Positions 61,857 to 64,000 of a stretch of 64,000 bases of DNA are shown piece by piece (positions within the stretch are counted from its first letter, which is position 1; every line of letters begins with the position of its first letter). The DNA lies in contig CP154954.1 in NCBI GenBank assembly GCA_039621445.1, positions 28,113,037-28,177,036 on the forward strand, written 5' to 3'. The position numbers and the translations under genes are program-made. Under the pieces are notes generated by a model that saw only the letters and a list, made by a program, of their open reading frames with translations, ran no database searches and was not told the origin of the DNA. The DNA is from Euglena gracilis (lineage: Eukaryota).

Positions 61857-64000
61857 TGCCGGGCACCCCCCCCCCAACCCCCACCCACCTTTTTTCCCGG
61901 CCCACCCCCCAAGGTTCTTGTCCGGACCACCCCCACCCCCACGTGCCAAGGGAGGTCCAGACCGACCCCAGCAGGGAGGTCACCCGGCAACCCCCCAAAA
62001 GGTCAATTTTTTCTTTTGGAGCTTTGTGCCGAATTTTTTTTCTGCATTTTTGACAAGTTTTTGCCCAAACAGTTCCCAAAATGGCACTTTTGACCATTTT
62101 GGGCGGTCGGTCAAAATTTTGTCCTGGCGCTTCGCCAAAAGTTTGCCACCCAGACCAAAAATCGGTCACCCAGACCTCCCCCCCCAGCTGCCCTTATATT
62201 GAAGCTTCCAGGGGTCTTTAAAAAACACCTGGACGTAAAAGGTTCTTTTTTGTTTTTTGATTCTTCAGGTTAAACAATATTGTTGACATGGCTCCAACCA
62301 AGTCGACAATGCTGTGGATGCTTTTTTTGATTTTGTGTTGAAAAGAGCTGAAGACCAAGGGTATCTAGGAATATTTTTTTCATGTATCTTTTGGTTATGT
62401 TTTATGCTTTCCCCTTTTTTCATGCAACAAAAGTGTGCTTATATGTGTGATTTTTGTATTTTTTTCAATGGGGGCATAATGGGCCAAGGTGAGAGAAATG
62501 TATGAAGAAGGGGTTTCTGTCATTGTTTGAGAATTGACGTGGTGAAGTTGTCAGATGTGAGAGGATTGGGGCCAATTCGTGTTGTGGAAATTTTTTTTCA
62601 AAAAATTTACAGTTCATATGGCGTTGTTTTGACCCCCCTGATAATTCATTACTGACTCACATTTCAACCAATATGTCAACTTTCCATGATGGTAAAGTGA
62701 CTGGGAACAGGCGAAAATCCAATTTGCGTTGGAAGGGTGGATACCGGCGTTGGTGCATGTGGTGAAAAATCGGCCCTGGGGAAAAGAGTAATTTACAAAA
62801 AAGGAAATCAAAAATGCAAAAAAATTGTTTTTGCATACTCAAATTGCTGAATTTCATTGCAATCTGGTGGGGGCTCACCCCTGCCCACCCTGTAGTACAA
62901 CGGCTGAACCCATATCTCCTCTTTTTGAGTGGTCGCATTTTGAATCCTAACACTTCCAACCAACTTGCTTTCTTGCCCTCTTGCAGATTTGAAAAGTGAG
63001 CCCCTCAGAAAGATATTGGAGCCAAGAAAAGGGGCCACTGCACCCTCTGCAGTGCAGAGGATTTCTTATCATTCGTCACAAGCAAATGAAAATGGAAACG
63101 CCGCGACGATTTTCTCTACTGGACACCAAACCTTCGGCCGCCAAACCCATATGCGAGAAATGCGCTGGCAGAAGAGCCGGAAATGGGAAAGGGGACGTAA
63201 TGGCGTTCCTTGCATTTACTCCGGACTAATCCTGCTTCCAGAACACCAGAGCTAATCAATGGAAACGAATTTTCGCTTGTGGCTTTGTTGAGGATTCCCC
63301 TTGTGCTTTTGATGGGCTCCAGCTGTTTTGCTTTTTCCCTTTTTTTGTTGAAGTTGAACAAATTTATTTACCATTGATGTTGCTTTTGGCAAAAGGGCTT
63401 GCATTGTTCCCAAAGTTCACAAATTTACAAATTGTGTTGCATCTCAAATGGCAACGTTATTTTATTGTTTCCCCGAAAAGAGTGCACTAAGTGAACGCAG
63501 AGGATTTTCCAAAAGAAAGTTTGACCAAATGCAGCCGGGATGTTGGACGCAAAGATGGAAAAGCATTTGGGGTGGATCTGTTTCTTGTCCCTGTCGTTTC
63601 AGTGTCATCGTTTGGGTGCTTGGCTATCACACTGACCCCACCGACTTTGAATTGTTTGCTTCCTTTGTCTTTTGCCTGCTGACGATGCTATTTGTTCCTC
63701 TGAATCTACAAAAATTTTGCAGAAAGGTTTCAAGTTGATATTGAAGTGTAGTCTGGTGCAAGTTTTTAGAAGTAGTTGGGTTTGTTTGTATCCCACATGC
63801 ATGTGGTTGCTGATACAACCGATAAATTTTGAGGATTTTTTAGATGGATTTTTTGTTGGTTGCACCAAAGACCAAAGACGGATATTCACAATCAACATCT
63901 GCGCTTGTGCTACAAGAAGGGATATTTTGGCAGTCTCTATCAAATAGCTTCTGGGTGGGAGTCAACTGGGCATTACCCTCTTGGCAACAACAATCAAAAA

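Noticed and set aside
62230-64000. Possible degraded transposase or gene in an AT-rich, MITE-poor segment
   Set aside because: Stops occur in all frames and only a weak 'SDNFTTSI' resemblance is present; cannot be supported without a profile search.

Overview
Eukaryotic nuclear DNA, almost certainly from a euglenid. The evidence is polypyrimidine-AG trans-splice-type acceptors just upstream of the start codons, TTAGGG repeats, and genes split by non-GT-AG 'nonconventional' introns with paired ends. I could assemble three host genes by hand: an F-box/LRR gene on the minus strand (20641 running off the left end) and two tandem paralogous 2xRRM RNA-binding genes on the plus strand (46716-52827, 56097-59769). 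The ~26 kb between them is a transposon graveyard: CRE-clade non-LTR retrotransposons (one with intact TSD and poly-A), a broken hAT transposase, a TIR element with a tyrosine-recombinase-like ORF, and many MITEs. Main observation: in 20 of 22 resolved introns the terminal stem starts 3 nt inside the 5' end and ends 5 nt inside the 3' end (3+5=8), which is exactly the TSD length of the CAG...CTG (hAT-type) MITEs that fill the window. At least two introns are recognisable MITEs still flanked by their 8-bp TSD, so splicing would remove the element plus one TSD copy and restore the reading frame. The RRM paralogs differ at 6 of 9 intron positions. Together this suggests a hAT-MITE intron-generating system coupled to nonconventional splicing. 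All junctions are inferred from reading frame and end pairing, not from transcripts.
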